Below, one piece after another: positions 17,230 to 18,868 of a stretch of 18,868 nt of DNA. The position numbers and the translations under genes are program-made. Location of the stretch: NCBI GenBank assembly GCA_964534375.1, contig CAZHPN010000125.1, positions 1 through 18,868 on the forward strand. The letters run 5' to 3'. Every line of letters starts with the position of its first letter. Position 1 is the first letter of the stretch. Source of the stretch: an uncultured bacterium. Its GTDB lineage: Bacteria > Lernaellota > Lernaellaia > Lernaellales > Lernaellaceae. The notes beneath the pieces are model-generated. The model was not told the DNA's origin. It did not search any database and saw only the letters and a program-made list of their open reading frames with translations.

Positions 17230-18868
17230 GGGAATCTTTTCCTCCGGCTTTGATCGGCGTCGGCGGCGAATCCGGGAACAGGAACTTGTTGGTCAGCGCC
17301 TGCTGCGCGATCGACAGGATGTTGTTGGTCAGCCAATAGAGCACGAGGCCGGCCGGGAAACTCAGGAACATGAAGGTGAACATGACGGGCATGATCTGCA
17401 TGATGCGCGCCTGCGCCGGGTCGCCGGTCGTCGGCGTCATTTTCTGCGAGACGAACATCGTCACGCCCATCAGGATCGGCGTGATGTAGTAGGGGTCTTG
17501 CGCCGAGAGATCCTGCAGCCAGCCGACGAACGGCGTGTGGCGCAACTCGATGGAATAGCCGAGCGCGCGGTAGAACGCGACGAAAATCGGCAGTTGCAGC
17601 AGCATCGGCAGGCAGCCGCCGGCGGGGTTGACCTTGTTGGCGCGGTACAAGGCCATCATTTCGGTGTTCAGTTTTTCCTTGTTGTCCTTGAATTTTTCGC
17701 GCAGCTTGGCGATTTCGGGCTGCAGCTTCTGCATGGCCTTCATCGACTTGATGCTCTTGTGCTGCAAGGGGAACAACAAGATCTTGATGATGATCGTGAG
17801 GATCAAAATCGCCACGCCGTAGTTGCCCGTGAGCTTCGCGAGGTAGATCAAGGCGACCATCAGGTAGCGGGCGATCACGTCGAACCAGCCGAAGTCGATC
17901 GATTTGTCGAAATGATATTTCGGGCCGTTGTCGCCGGCCGTGATGTACGCGCGCAGCTTCGGGCCGAGATAGGCTTTGAACACGACGCGCTTGACCTGGC
18001 CCGGCGCCACCGCCGACGCCTCCGCCAGCAGGCGGGCTTCGAGGATATTTTCGCCGGCGGGCTGCAACTTCACGCGGGCGTTCTGGACGCTGATCGTGTC
18101 CTGGTCCGGGCCGACGAGCGCCGCGAAATAATTGTCGGCGAAACCGGTCCAGAAGGTGGGCAGTTGGTCGATGTCGAGCTTGACCTTGCCGATCTGCGTC
18201 GCCTTCAGGCTGCCCTCGATGTCGTTGACCTGCAGCATCTGGTTGTAATCGCGGTAGAAGAACGACGACGTATCCTCGACCACCTGCTCGTACACGGCGC
18301 AGAACGGCTGCACGGTGACCGGCTCGGCCGCGGCGTTGGCGATCGTCATCTCGACGTCGACGTTGTACGGCAGGTCGTCGGGATGATCGCCGGCCGTGCG
18401 GAAGCGCAGGGTTTTGGTCACCGTCAGACCGCCGCTCGTTTGGCGGAGAGTCACGTGGTCCGGCGCGGACTCGACGATCGGCCAGGCGCCGGCGCCGTCG
18501 AGGCCTTGCATTTTGTTCAAGGCGCAGACCAGTTGCGACTGGTCGGCGAATTTGCGCGGGTGGGCGCGCTTGTTCGCATACGCCCGCTCATACGGCGCCA
18601 GATCGACCTTCTGCCGCTCGAATTCCGGCGCTTTTTTGTCGGCCGTCGTGAGGTTGTAGGCCAACAGGTTCCATTTCAGGAACGCGCCGGCGAGTTGATT
18701 GCTGAGGATGGCGCTCACCAGCGGCGTTTTCAGCGTTTCCAGCTTCGGCGGCACGACGGCCGGGGCCGGCGTCGCCGGCGCCGCGGCGGCGCCGGTCGCG
18801 GCGGCCGGCGGCGGCGCGCCCGGCGGCGGCGGCGGCGGCACGGCGAGCGCCGGGGGCGGCGGCGTCTG
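17222..18868 (-). CDS. yidC: Membrane protein insertase YidC (5'-partial; the start lies beyond the window)
   Basis: The frame stays open to the window end. IDFGWF, GNYGVAILILTIIIKILLFPL, SMKAMQKLQPEI, NPAGGCLPMLLQLPIF, WLQDLSAQDPYYI, FPAGLVLYW. Large periplasmic domain and a Pro/Ala-rich linker. Confidence 0.96.
   Translation of the reverse strand, partial: QTPPPPALAVPPPPPPGAPPPAAATGAAAAPATPAPAVVPPKLETLKTPLVSAILSNQLAGAFLKWNLLAYNLTTADKKAPEFERQKVDLAPYERAYANKRAHPRKFADQSQLVCALNKMQGLDGAGAWPIVESAPDHVTLRQTSGGLTVTKTLRFRTAGDHPDDLPYNVDVEMTIANAAAEPVTVQPFCAVYEQVVEDTSSFFYRDYNQMLQVNDIEGSLKATQIGKVKLDIDQLPTFWTGFADNYFAALVGPDQDTISVQNARVKLQPAGENILEARLLAEASAVAPGQVKRVVFKAYLGPKLRAYITAGDNGPKYHFDKSIDFGWFDVIARYLMVALIYLAKLTGNYGVAILILTIIIKILLFPLQHKSIKSMKAMQKLQPEIAKLREKFKDNKEKLNTEMMALYRANKVNPAGGCLPMLLQLPIFVAFYRALGYSIELRHTPFVGWLQDLSAQDPYYITPILMGVTMFVSQKMTPTTGDPAQARIMQIMPVMFTFMFLSFPAGLVLYWLTNNILSIAQQALTNKFLFPDSPPTPIKAGGKDSHD

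Overview
GC-rich chromosomal window from a diderm bacterium. The secreted Cys-rich and Asp-rich lipoproteins suggest a deltaproteobacteria/Myxococcota-like lineage, which is an inference. Housekeeping genes: pcrA/uvrD, a thioredoxin-fold protein, mazG, rocD, eno, jag/khpB and a 5'-truncated yidC. Accessory envelope genes: (i) a minus-strand three-gene unit encoding a putative outer-membrane beta-barrel, a Cys-repeat lipoprotein and a secreted neutral-ceramidase-family hydrolase, a candidate lipid/sphingolipid capture-and-hydrolysis system; (ii) an FGE-sulfatase-domain lipoprotein with a stepwise-expanding Asp-rich linker; (iii) a FadL-like outer-membrane transporter. The most striking non-coding feature is that most larger intergenic gaps hold a different non-coding element bounded by long inverted repeats built from hairpins (REP/REPIN/MITE-like). 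There are at least five such elements, two with structure-conserving sequence changes between their arms. Short 7-mer and 9-mer tandem repeats and a 37-bp direct-repeat pair with a 33-bp spacer are also present. No transposase, integrase, cas gene, reverse transcriptase, tRNA or rRNA was recognised.
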